Shown: one piece after another, positions 54,134-64,000 of the stretch
How positions within the stretch are numbered: the first letter of the stretch is position 1
Layout of the letters: each line of letters opens with the position of its first letter
Assembly (NCBI GenBank): GCA_963758915.1
Contig: CAVWXH010000006.1
Span: forward strand, 1-64,000
Length of the DNA: 64,000 bases
Reading direction: 5' to 3'
Origin: an uncultured Methanomicrobiales archaeon
GTDB lineage: Archaea; Halobacteriota; Methanomicrobia; Methanomicrobiales; Methanospirillaceae
Notes under the pieces: model-generated
Seen by the model: the letters and a program-made list of their open reading frames with translations, nothing else
Told to the model about the DNA's origin: nothing
Databases searched by the model: none
Made by a program: the position numbers and the translations under genes

Positions 54134-55916
54134 TAAGGTCCACCACCACGAGTTTTCCCTCATCTATCCCTCTGATATCAAGGTTACCACCACCCCTTCC
54201 TTTCCAGGTAACCTTCCAGCTGGCACCCGGTGTCAGGGGCACCTGCCAGACCTTGGTAAATTCGGTATCGAGTGATGTAATAAAATCCGCCTTTGGTTCG
54301 GCATCATCTGCATTGTCAGGGGATGTCTCGTACACCGATACCGTGCCATTAAATTCAGTATAATTGTTCAGTTCGATTGTAACTGTGCCACCTGATGACC
54401 GTTTCTTAACAACCATCTTTCTCATGATGCGTCCTTCTATGGGGCTTATATCCGGGACAGGCAGTTCTACAATCTCGCTTACTTTCTCTGCGATCTCAGG
54501 AATTATTGCACACACCGCACGGGCACGGTCATCTGCCAGCCGGTTCCTGTCCCTCCGTGAAAGGAACTGTTTTAAGTCGCGCCCCAGCTCCTGGAGGGCG
54601 AGGGTGATCTCCTTCTCAATTTCAGGGATCGATGCAATCGCATCTTTGCTTTCACTGGTGAAGGGTACATTTGTCGAGGCAACATGGACGAGAATGAGTA
54701 ATGGGCCTGTAGGAAGGCCCTGCTGTGAAATGGAGTAACTTTTCCAGTTTATTTGGGTAATGCAGCCGGTGATTGCACAGGCCCCCTGCTGGTACATCAG
54801 TGGCACCCGGTTTGCAAACCTGAGGATCTGTGCGTTTCCTTCAGGTGGAAGTTTTCCTCCATATCCGAGTGCAGCCTCGACCATGAACGGATGTCCGGAG
54901 AATACAGAGCTTGGGCGTGTCCTTGACCTGATAAAGTCCATCGGGAACTCTTTACGAAGGCCTCTGATAATAAGGTCCTCCCCGATCGGCGATAGGCAGA
55001 GTGACGCAGACGGTGCAGGGACATTTACCTGCTGCATCGCAGCAATCAACCGTTGCTGCTCATCTTTGGTCAGTTTCCTTGCGGATTTTTCCGGGGATAT
55101 TCCGGCAATCTGGCTCATTTCAAGAGCGGTTTTCTTTCCGACACGGGAGAAACCGGATACAAGGAATTGTTCAACCGGGTTATCACTTGATGCAAGCATC
55201 CGTTGCAGCTGCCCAATCTCGATGCCGTGCGGGTGCGGCTGGATAGCCTTCGGGCAAATAATGATGTCAGCGCTCACCCGCTCGAATATTTCAGTTTCAT
55301 CGTCCAGGTCGACACGGATCCTTGCGTGGGGGTTTACTATAGCCGTGTAGCGCAGGTATTCGAGGAGCCTTTTTTTAGCTGCCAGGCTGCTTTTAAATTC
55401 AATCTGGACACGCGTCCCATGGGCCCTGTCCCATTCGATCTCCTGTGTGCTGATGATATCCGGTTCGTTAGTCTCTATTTTTATCTGGAGATGCACCTGG
55501 CATGCAGGTGTCGCAGCACTTGTCCGGGAAATGACAAGGGTTGGCATCCCGGTGGTAAGCTGTGCATACAGCACAGCAGCACTGATACCTATACCCTGCT
55601 GGCCCCTGCTTTGTTTAATCTGGTGGAATCGGGAGCCATAGAGGAGTTTTCCAAAGACATAAGGAATTTGTGCGGGTACAATACCGGGGCCGTTGTCCTC
55701 GACAATAATACGGAATACATCCCCTGATACCCGTTTTATGCCCACATAGATATCGGGGAGGACTTCCGCCTCTTCACAGGCATCAAGGGCATTATCGACA
55801 GCCTCCTTGACAGTTGTGATAATCCCCCTCGTGGGGGAGTCAAACCCCAGCAGGTGCTTATTTTTCTCGAAGAATTCTGCGACACTGATACTTCTCTGGG
55901 ACTTGGCAAGACTCAT
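54126..55916 (-). CDS. top6B: DNA topoisomerase VI subunit B
   Basis: [47 protein letters not shown]. Confidence 0.97.
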   Translation of the reverse strand: MSLAKSQRSISVAEFFEKNKHLLGFDSPTRGIITTVKEAVDNALDACEEAEVLPDIYVGIKRVSGDVFRIIVEDNGPGIVPAQIPYVFGKLLYGSRFHQIKQSRGQQGIGISAAVLYAQLTTGMPTLVISRTSAATPACQVHLQIKIETNEPDIISTQEIEWDRAHGTRVQIEFKSSLAAKKRLLEYLRYTAIVNPHARIRVDLDDETEIFERVSADIIICPKAIQPHPHGIEIGQLQRMLASSDNPVEQFLVSGFSRVGKKTALEMSQIAGISPEKSARKLTKDEQQRLIAAMQQVNVPAPSASLCLSPIGEDLIIRGLRKEFPMDFIRSRTRPSSVFSGHPFMVEAALGYGGKLPPEGNAQILRFANRVPLMYQQGACAITGCITQINWKSYSISQQGLPTGPLLILVHVASTNVPFTSESKDAIASIPEIEKEITLALQELGRDLKQFLSRRDRNRLADDRARAVCAIIPEIAEKVSEIVELPVPDISPIEGRIMRKMVVKKRSSGGTVTIELNNYTEFNGTVSVYETSPDNADDAEPKADFITSLDTEFTKVWQVPLTPGASWKVTWKGRGGGNLDIRGIDEGKLVVVDLNV

Positions 55917-57148
55917 CCGCGAGGACCACTCATTACCACCTCGTGGATCGCAGATGGGAGGTCCAGTTCACGCTGTTCCCCATTGATCAGGTCTTTTAAT
56001 GTGACGGTCCCTGACTCTTGTTCACGCCTGCCGATAATTGCGACGAATTGCGCAGATTTCGATGCATGGGTGATCTGGGCCCCGATGCTACGTCCCATTA
56101 TGTCAGTTTCAGTCCGGAGCCCTGCTTCCCGGAATGCCCTTGCAACCCTGAGCGCGTGAGCCCTTCCTTCAGGGGTGTAGACGATACCTACGACACGTTC
56201 TGGTTCTCCTGCAGAATCCCCCAGTGAGACCATTACGCGGTCGAAACCAATTGCAAACCCTGATGATGGCACATCATCCCCGCCAAAGAGATGAGCAAGG
56301 CGGTAAGCGCCCCCTCCCATGATCTGGTTCTCAGCACCGAGGTTATCAGCAAATGCCTCGAATACCATGCCGGTATAATAGTCGAGTCCCCGGGCAATGC
56401 CCGGGTCAATCGAATAATGTATCTCCATTTCATCAAGCAGGCCGAATGTCTCTTCTATTCTTTCATATTCAGGGATCTTTCCGGTAATTTCTTTTATTTC
56501 GTCAAGTGATCTGCATTCGAGAAGTGTCGTAAGGGAACCATAGAGGTCTGACCTGCCCGAAACACCAAGATGACCCTTCAGGCCATCATAGTCTTTTTTA
56601 TCGAGATATCGCATTAAAATGCGCTGTTGTTTTAAATCCAGGTCTGAAAGGAGTGCTTTCATGAAACCCAGATGACCGATATGCAGGGAGAATGACACCC
56701 CGGAAGCTTCAAGGAGGTCACGGGCGAGCATGATCACCTCTGCATCTGCAACCGACGTATCTGCACCAATCAGCTCAACGCCAAACTGCCAGAACTGGCG
56801 ATAACGTCCTTTCTGCGGGCGTTCGTACCGGAAACAATCTGCGAAGTAGCACCATCGTAATGGTTTTGGGGTAACCCGTGCCTCGTTTAGGTACATCCTC
56901 TGGACTGCTGCAGTGATCTCCGGCCTGAGCGCCATCATGCGGCCCCCTTTATCCTCGAATACATACATTTCTTCGATTATCCCATCGCCAGACCGCGCGG
57001 TGAACAGTTCAAGTTCTTCAAATTCCGGGGTGCATACTTCGCGATATCCCCAGCAACGGGCAACATCGCGCAAACGTTTTTCTACTGCTCTCCGTTGCTC
57101 CATCTCATCAGGGAGGAAGTCCCTGGTCCCCCGTGGCCTCTGTATCAT
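55913..57148 (-). CDS. hisS: Histidine--tRNA ligase
   Basis: [42 protein letters not shown]. Confidence 0.97.
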   Translation of the reverse strand: MIQRPRGTRDFLPDEMEQRRAVEKRLRDVARCWGYREVCTPEFEELELFTARSGDGIIEEMYVFEDKGGRMMALRPEITAAVQRMYLNEARVTPKPLRWCYFADCFRYERPQKGRYRQFWQFGVELIGADTSVADAEVIMLARDLLEASGVSFSLHIGHLGFMKALLSDLDLKQQRILMRYLDKKDYDGLKGHLGVSGRSDLYGSLTTLLECRSLDEIKEITGKIPEYERIEETFGLLDEMEIHYSIDPGIARGLDYYTGMVFEAFADNLGAENQIMGGGAYRLAHLFGGDDVPSSGFAIGFDRVMVSLGDSAGEPERVVGIVYTPEGRAHALRVARAFREAGLRTETDIMGRSIGAQITHASKSAQFVAIIGRREQESGTVTLKDLINGEQRELDLPSAIHEVVMSGPRG

Positions 57149-57177
57149 TCTTCTCTCACCATTTCCAGTCATCTATC

Positions 57178-57489
57178 CTATTTTTTCCCATATCGTACCG
57201 AGCCTAAGAAACGCTCTGCGGTACTTTCGTCCGTCCATACCTTCTCCCGCGTACCTCTGTCCCTTAGGAAAAGTGCGGCCATCACTATGCCGATTCCGAT
57301 CACCTCTGCTGAAGAACCGAGCAGCACGATTAGAAACCCCAGGGTTGCAAGTGCACCATACAGCACACCATACCGGGCTGCTTTCCGGTACCCCGGCAGA
57401 CCCGTGCGGTAATATATACGGACATCGCGTAACCACAGGAATATGACGGCGACTGCCCCGAATAGTGCGACATATAAAAGATAGCTCAT
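57178..57489 (-). CDS. Small conserved membrane protein
   Basis: Three hydrophobic segments, WLRDVRIYYRTGLPGYRKAA. Operonic with hisS. Confidence 0.75.
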   Translation of the reverse strand: MSYLLYVALFGAVAVIFLWLRDVRIYYRTGLPGYRKAARYGVLYGALATLGFLIVLLGSSAEVIGIGIVMAALFLRDRGTREKVWTDESTAERFLGSVRYGKK

Positions 57490-57537
57490 ATGATGAACGT
57501 ATAATTATACTTCAGACCATATCTTTATTATCAAACC

Positions 57538-58823
<1,286 letters not shown>

Positions 58824-58903
58824 GCCGGGTAGCACGTTTCGGCAGTTCTCCATGGGTATGTTATCAGAAAGGATGTCTTCTTGCAGGGCAAACTGGTGTA
58901 TTC

Positions 58904-60172
58904 ATGTTTCGGCAGTTAAAGGAAATGTTCCGGAAAGAGGAAGAACCCTCCCTGACCCTGGCATCAGTTGAGGTCCCCGGGTGGTTGGCAGGTGAGTATT
59001 CAAAGGTTGAGAAAAATGAGAAAGACCATGTTAACTTGTCACGAAAAAACATTCTTGGGAACATTGATAAGTTAAGGGAACTTGTCGGACTTCTCGGTTC
59101 GGCTGAACACGAGGGGGTAGTGCATCCAAAACTCGGGAATGTAGTGGAAAAATCACTGCCCCTCTTTAAAAAAGCCATAATATCTGCACTTAACCGGCAG
59201 TACCCGGAAAACCCTGATGATTTTTATAACGCTGTTACCGAATGTCTCAAGGGGTGTATTAAAAGTACGGCAGGACCCGGACGGTACCTTATGGGAGTTT
59301 TTCCCGAGGAGATGAAAGCTATCCGGATAGCGATTGACCTGGTTGGGCGGGAAATTAACTCCCTGAATCCTGTTATTGCAGAAACAAGGAAAAAAGAAGA
59401 AGAACTTAACAGAATCAGGCAGCTGCATGATTCTTACCTTCATTCCTGCGAAGAATTACGCCGGGCAGAAGACCAGTACCCCCTGCTTACAAAACGGTCA
59501 CTTATCCTGGAGGGGGAAATTAAGGTCATTAATGAAGAAATCAGCCGCTTAAGCCATGACCCCCGCACGATACAGCTCGATGATTTACATACAGAAGAGA
59601 AACAGCTGGACGAGGAACACAAGAGAACATGTGGTGAGTTCTCCGCATCCGTTAATATGATTGTTCATGTACTGAAGCGGGCTGAAAAAGTCGCCCAGAA
59701 AGACCATAACCCGGCTCTTGCCAAAAAGACCCATGCCCTGGCAGAACACCTCTCAAAAAGTGAAATTCATGAAATTCCTGTTCTTTGCCAGGAATTGAAC
59801 TCCGTGCTTCCTGAAATCATTGTCATGGTTACTCACGGGGATATTTCCCTTAAGAATAAGGAGGAACACCAGTTTTTTTCCAATCCTTCAGTTCTGCCCG
59901 CTAAAATGCAGGAAATTTACCGCAGGATTCAGGTCACCGATAATCAGCTGAAAGAGACCCGCAGGAAAATAGCAGGCAGCAGTTTCGTTCATGAGAAAGA
60001 ATCAATGGATCATCGCTACCATCTGAAAACGAGTGAACTGGAAGAGATAGAACGGAGTAAGGCTGCACTCGATGGGCGTCGTTCTACATTACAAGCGGAA
60101 ATTCCGTCGTTACTTCAACAGACTATGGACAGGATCTCTGCATATTCCGGAAAAAAGGTAATAATCAGCTAG
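58904..60172 (+). CDS. Hypothetical coiled-coil protein
   Basis: 422-aa ORF rich in E/K/L heptads. No recognised catalytic motif. Confidence 0.75.
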   Translation: MFRQLKEMFRKEEEPSLTLASVEVPGWLAGEYSKVEKNEKDHVNLSRKNILGNIDKLRELVGLLGSAEHEGVVHPKLGNVVEKSLPLFKKAIISALNRQYPENPDDFYNAVTECLKGCIKSTAGPGRYLMGVFPEEMKAIRIAIDLVGREINSLNPVIAETRKKEEELNRIRQLHDSYLHSCEELRRAEDQYPLLTKRSLILEGEIKVINEEISRLSHDPRTIQLDDLHTEEKQLDEEHKRTCGEFSASVNMIVHVLKRAEKVAQKDHNPALAKKTHALAEHLSKSEIHEIPVLCQELNSVLPEIIVMVTHGDISLKNKEEHQFFSNPSVLPAKMQEIYRRIQVTDNQLKETRRKIAGSSFVHEKESMDHRYHLKTSELEEIERSKAALDGRRSTLQAEIPSLLQQTMDRISAYSGKKVIIS

Positions 60173-60234
60173 AAAACGCAAAAAAAAGGCCCTGGGGATT
60201 CCCCTTCCCTGTTGTGGCGAACGGCACATTTTTT

Positions 60235-61683
60235 TTACGTTTCATTAAAGATTTCAATAACTTTTTTCATGTCCACATGCTCCTCAAAATGCATGGCGAG
60301 CTGGTCATAAGGGTCTGCAGATCCCCCCTCTTTCAGTTGTATAAACGGTTCGCCTTTCTTTTGATAAAGATATGAAAGGAGCGCGTTGATAACAGTGGAA
60401 TTGGAAAGAAGGCCGTGCATGTATGTACCAATGACGAGGCCATCGGCAGATACTGCCCCCTCATTGTTGAAAGCTTCCATGTCCTCACCTTTTTCTGTTA
60501 TTCCCATATGGATCTCATACCCGTTTACCTCCCCGATTCCTGACAGTATCGGGGGCACCGGGTTGGCACGATGCCGGACCTGCGTGGTATTCTTTTCATA
60601 ACTGATGAACCTCGTCACTCCCTTAAGAAATCCAAGTCCCTGATATACCCCTTCGCGGGACTCCACGCCCGAATCGTGCAGTTCGCGTCCCAGCATCTGG
60701 TAACCGCCGCATATTCCGATTATTGGTATCCCTGCATTTCGTGCCATGGTAATGTTCCCTGCCCCGCCACTCCGGTGCAGTTCCATTAGATCTTCGACGG
60801 TATTCTTTGTCCCTGGTATGATGATACAGTCATATCCTTCGAGTGAATCTCCCGGGGTGACATAGTTCACTGCGGCATGTTGTTCAAGGAGTTCGAAATC
60901 TGTAAAATTTGAGATATGTGGGTGGCGTATTATCGCTATCCTGACCGGATAGCGTCCTGCTTTTTTGTCCCCAAGTGAAAGCGAGTCCTCACTTGGGAGT
61001 GGGATATCACAATATGGTATCACACCAAGGACCGGTACCCCGGTCAGGTCCTCGATGATACTGATACCCGGGGAGAAAATCCCCTGGTCTCCCCTGAATT
61101 TATTGATAATAATCCCCATCACACGCTTCCTGACTTCAGGAGGGAGGAGTTGCAAGGTGCCATATATGGATGCAAAAACACCCCCCCGTTCAATATCCGC
61201 GACAAGTATGATAGGTATCTTCAGGGTTGTTGCAAGCCTGATATTTGCGATATCACGTGAATAGAGATTTACTTCGGCCGCCCCACCTGCCCCTTCCACG
61301 ACAATATGACCATATTTAGCCTTGAGTCTGTCCGCAGATTCAACGGCAATCCCGAGAAGGTAGTCGGTCTCCTGGTAATACGCTGAGATTGCAACATCCT
61401 TGTATGGATGACCAAGCAGGACCACCTGTGACACGGTCCCACCTTTTGGCTTCAACAGGACCGGGTTCATATCAGCATCCGGTTCCAGTTTCGCTGCAAT
61501 TGCCTGCATTGCCTGGGCAATACCGATCTCACAGCCGTCCTGTGTTACAAAGGAGTTCAGACTCATATTCTGCGATTTGAATGGTGCTACCCGGTACCCC
61601 CGGTTGACCAGGGACCTGCACAGGGCTGCGACAATTGTGCTTTTTCCTACATGTGATGCAGTACCCAGGATCATAACAGACAT
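60235..61683 (-). CDS. cobQ: Cobyric acid synthase
   Basis: GTASHVGKS, PFKSQNMSLNS, EGAGG.AE.N, GICGGYQMLG, GYEIH.G, GTYMHG. Confidence 0.97.
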   Translation of the reverse strand: MSVMILGTASHVGKSTIVAALCRSLVNRGYRVAPFKSQNMSLNSFVTQDGCEIGIAQAMQAIAAKLEPDADMNPVLLKPKGGTVSQVVLLGHPYKDVAISAYYQETDYLLGIAVESADRLKAKYGHIVVEGAGGAAEVNLYSRDIANIRLATTLKIPIILVADIERGGVFASIYGTLQLLPPEVRKRVMGIIINKFRGDQGIFSPGISIIEDLTGVPVLGVIPYCDIPLPSEDSLSLGDKKAGRYPVRIAIIRHPHISNFTDFELLEQHAAVNYVTPGDSLEGYDCIIIPGTKNTVEDLMELHRSGGAGNITMARNAGIPIIGICGGYQMLGRELHDSGVESREGVYQGLGFLKGVTRFISYEKNTTQVRHRANPVPPILSGIGEVNGYEIHMGITEKGEDMEAFNNEGAVSADGLVIGTYMHGLLSNSTVINALLSYLYQKKGEPFIQLKEGGSADPYDQLAMHFEEHVDMKKVIEIFNET

Positions 61684-61891
61684 TAGTACTGTACATTGCA
61701 TGCCTGAATTTTAAATACGATTGAGTTTCTTCACTCCCCTTTGTGCCGGGGGTACGAAAGCAATTCTGGGTGTGAATCAGATTAATTCTCAAAATATTGC
61801 CTGCAATTACCTTATATGAATGGAAATATTCCCGGAAAGAACCCCTTTTTCATGCCAACAAATAAATAACGTAACTTTAAAGGTACAGGTA

Positions 61892-62197
61892 ATGAACGGT
61901 GGGATTTGTCCAACCTGTGGACTACCTAAAGAACTATGTATTTGTGAGGAGGTAGCAAAGGAGCAGCAGAGGATTAATGTCAAGGTCAATAAGAGACGGT
62001 ATGGAAAAGAAGTCACCGTTATTGAGGGACTAGACCCGACTGATATTGATCTTGAAGACCTCTCGAAGTATATGAAAGGAAAGCTTGCCTGCGGTGGTAC
62101 GGTGAAAGGGAATTCAATTGAACTGCAGGGAAATCATCGTGAGCGTGTTAAAGAGCTGCTTGCCGACAAGGGATACAGTGTTGACAATATAAATTAA
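61892..62197 (+). CDS. yciH: Translation initiation factor aIF1 (SUI1/YciH)
   Basis: [34 protein letters not shown]. Confidence 0.95.
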   Translation: MNGGICPTCGLPKELCICEEVAKEQQRINVKVNKRRYGKEVTVIEGLDPTDIDLEDLSKYMKGKLACGGTVKGNSIELQGNHRERVKELLADKGYSVDNIN

Positions 62198-62202
62198 TCC
62201 CG

Positions 62203-62235
62203 GGAATTTCAGTGGCATAAACGGACTGAAATTCC
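62203..62235. terminator. 11-bp stem inverted repeat after aIF1 (candidate terminator or stabiliser)
   Basis: GGAATTTCAGT (62203-62213) / ACTGAAATTCC (62225-62235). T-tract ~25 nt downstream. Confidence 0.45.
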
Positions 62236-62332
62236 ATTGCCCATACAGTCCTGAAGTTTCTTTTTTTATTGGGCACATACAAACCAGGATACCCGGGTTC
62301 TGGAACACCTGGAATATTTTAAAAAATCGATT

Positions 62333-62389
62333 GAAACCCTGCCCGGAATATCCTAATTGGGATGTGACAGGGAGGGGGTGAACCCCCTC
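62333..62389. repeat. Partial copy of the MITE internal core, no TIRs
   Basis: GAAACCCTGCCCG..AATATC.TAAT.GGGATG.G.CAGGGAGGGGGTGAACCCCCTC matches 4692-4749. Confidence 0.7.
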
Positions 62390-62446
62390 AGGTACAATCA
62401 GTCCTGTTATTTCTTCCGCATAGATCTGCAAGAGAATGAACTAAGA

Positions 62447-62836
62447 CTATTTGCGGATCTTTTTATCTTTTCCGGGTTTAATCATTGAGTGAAGGTCGAG
62501 CAGGTAATTACCCTCCGTCCCGATTCCGACGACGCGTTCATCAGAGTTTGCAAGCTTTTCGATATTCAGCTCGTAGGTACCGGGAGCGATGATCCTGATA
62601 CTTTCGACCCTGTCACGGGCCTCCTTCTTTTCATCCGCTCCTGTGCTCACTACCAGTACCTGGTCGGGGGTCTCTTTTGCAAGGGCTTCAGCGGATTTTT
62701 CCAGCATTATGTCTTTATTCCTGTCATTTTCCCCGACATAAAGGAATTTTCTGCCACCGCAACTTTCACACCCACGCAGGATTACGGGGGATGCATCCTT
62801 GTAGTCCCTCCCGCACTGCACACACTTGTGGGGCAT
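62447..62836 (-). CDS. oapC: OapC/ArvC zinc-ribbon protein (DUF2072)
   Basis: MPHKCVQCG...ILRGCESCGGRKFLY, VESIRI..PG.YELNI. Confidence 0.9.
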   Translation of the reverse strand: MPHKCVQCGRDYKDASPVILRGCESCGGRKFLYVGENDRNKDIMLEKSAEALAKETPDQVLVVSTGADEKKEARDRVESIRIIAPGTYELNIEKLANSDERVVGIGTEGNYLLDLHSMIKPGKDKKIRK

Positions 62837-62842
62837 TTATTT

Positions 62843-63205
62843 TCACCGTGTTGATATCCAGGCGCTAATCTGGTCTTTATCTTTTTTGATCATTTTCAAC
62901 TGGTTTGCGGGCCCGATCACAGTGAGTCTTGTTGAGGCTGAATGCCTGCCGATAAGCCTTGACAGGAATGAACTCTCCTCGCGCGACGGGTATGTTTCCA
63001 TCTCAATACCATTAAAATCATCAGGAAGGATCTCTTTCATGGTCATTTCAATGAGTTTGCTCTGTTCATCAGGTTCGAGCCCCTTTTCCAGAATTACAAT
63101 AGTTCCCTGCCTGACTTTATCAAGGATCAGGTGAATTTTCTCCATCGATGTCATATTTTCAAGACTTTCCTGCGAGATTAGGTCGATCTGAACCCCCTGT
63201 AACAT
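62843..63205 (-). CDS. oapB: OapB/ArvB protein (DUF2073)
   Basis: SMEKI.LILD.V..G.IVILE.GL.PDE.S.LIE.TM, LTVIGPAN. Confidence 0.9.
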   Translation of the reverse strand: MLQGVQIDLISQESLENMTSMEKIHLILDKVRQGTIVILEKGLEPDEQSKLIEMTMKEILPDDFNGIEMETYPSREESSFLSRLIGRHSASTRLTVIGPANQLKMIKKDKDQISAWISTR

Positions 63206-63212
63206 TTTTTGA

Positions 63213-63854
63213 TCACCTGAAGGAATGCACCATCTGTTCATAGAGTTCTTCAATATTCTTGCCCTCAAGGCAGGAAATCGGTACCACCGGGTGCTGGGGG
63301 AATGCGCTCCTGATCTTCTGCGGGGCTGCATCCGGAAGATCAATTTTATTGGCGGCAATAATGACGGGGAGTTTCCTGCTCTCGATGATCCCAATCATCA
63401 TTATGTTGACCTGCTGGAATGGGTCTGAAGTACTGTCAAGCATATAGACAACCCCGTCAATATCCTCCCGAAGCCAGTGCATTGCTTCAGCGACCCCCTC
63501 TGTTGCTTCCCTGGCCCTGGTGATTGCCTCATCCTTGTCAAGGCCATACTCGAGAAATTCCTTGTAATCAATTTTGGTGGTAACCCCCGGTGTATCAACG
63601 ATATCTATTGTTATCGAATGCCCGTTCGCACCAGAGATACAGATGTCCTGTTTCCGGAGCGCCCTTCGGGTTTCATGAGGGATTTCACTTACCGCTCCCA
63701 CCGCGTCCCCGGCCCAGTCACGGGCTATCCGGTTTGCCAGTGTTGTCTTACCTGCGTTAGGTGGCCCATAAATACCAATTCTTGAGCGCTTTTTCTTGAA
63801 AAACGCGGAGAGAAATCTTGAAAATCTATTTTTTGTCTGGACAAAAATATCCAT
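63213..63854 (-). CDS. oapA: OapA/ArvA Era-like small GTPase
   Basis: GIYGPPNAGKTTLAN, IPHETR, DTPG, ANKIDL. Confidence 0.92.
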   Translation of the reverse strand: MDIFVQTKNRFSRFLSAFFKKKRSRIGIYGPPNAGKTTLANRIARDWAGDAVGAVSEIPHETRRALRKQDICISGANGHSITIDIVDTPGVTTKIDYKEFLEYGLDKDEAITRAREATEGVAEAMHWLREDIDGVVYMLDSTSDPFQQVNIMMIGIIESRKLPVIIAANKIDLPDAAPQKIRSAFPQHPVVPISCLEGKNIEELYEQMVHSFR

Positions 63855-64000
63855 CAAACACCTCGCTCTGATGCTGCCGGTCGTGTCATCACAATAATCC
63901 TTATGAAGAGATCAATGGCGCTGCATATTATCATATGCAATACTTCCATTTTTATTTTTTTTATGGATTATAAAACCCGGGAATCCTCTTCAGGGAAGTA

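Overview
Archaeal chromosomal window. Split RpoB/RpoA, topoisomerase VI, DUF2115 and the oapABC genes suggest a Methanomicrobiales-like methanogen (inference, no database search). 1-23.7 kb is accessory: a hybrid-cluster-protein (hcp)/HxlR/cupin stress cluster, a kdp operon with an in-frame KdpC-KdpA fusion and a kinase-less KdpD, CopA, DUF362, a stand-alone glutamate synthase FMN subunit and hypotheticals. 24-40.7 kb is core: tRNA-Lys, the RNA polymerase operon, tRNA-Arg, PAC2, leuS, PINA, hisI and a prepilin peptidase. 41-52.6 kb holds the most interesting locus: MinD, three DUF2226/PATAN-like proteins, three Roadblock/LC7-like domains and a type IV pilus ATPase with two TadC-type platform proteins. 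It is interrupted by a divergent ThiC-like gene and an IS5-like element. 53-64 kb is core again (top6AB, hisS, larB, nadM, cobQ, aIF1, oapABC). A ~260-bp MITE family has terminal inverted repeats (TIRs) closely matching those of the IS. One MITE and the IS carry the same ~80-bp double-hairpin cap inside their 8-bp target-site duplications (TSDs). Seven apparent +1 frameshifts, six of them in the first 11.2 kb, are probably sequencing errors. All family calls come from motifs recognised by eye.
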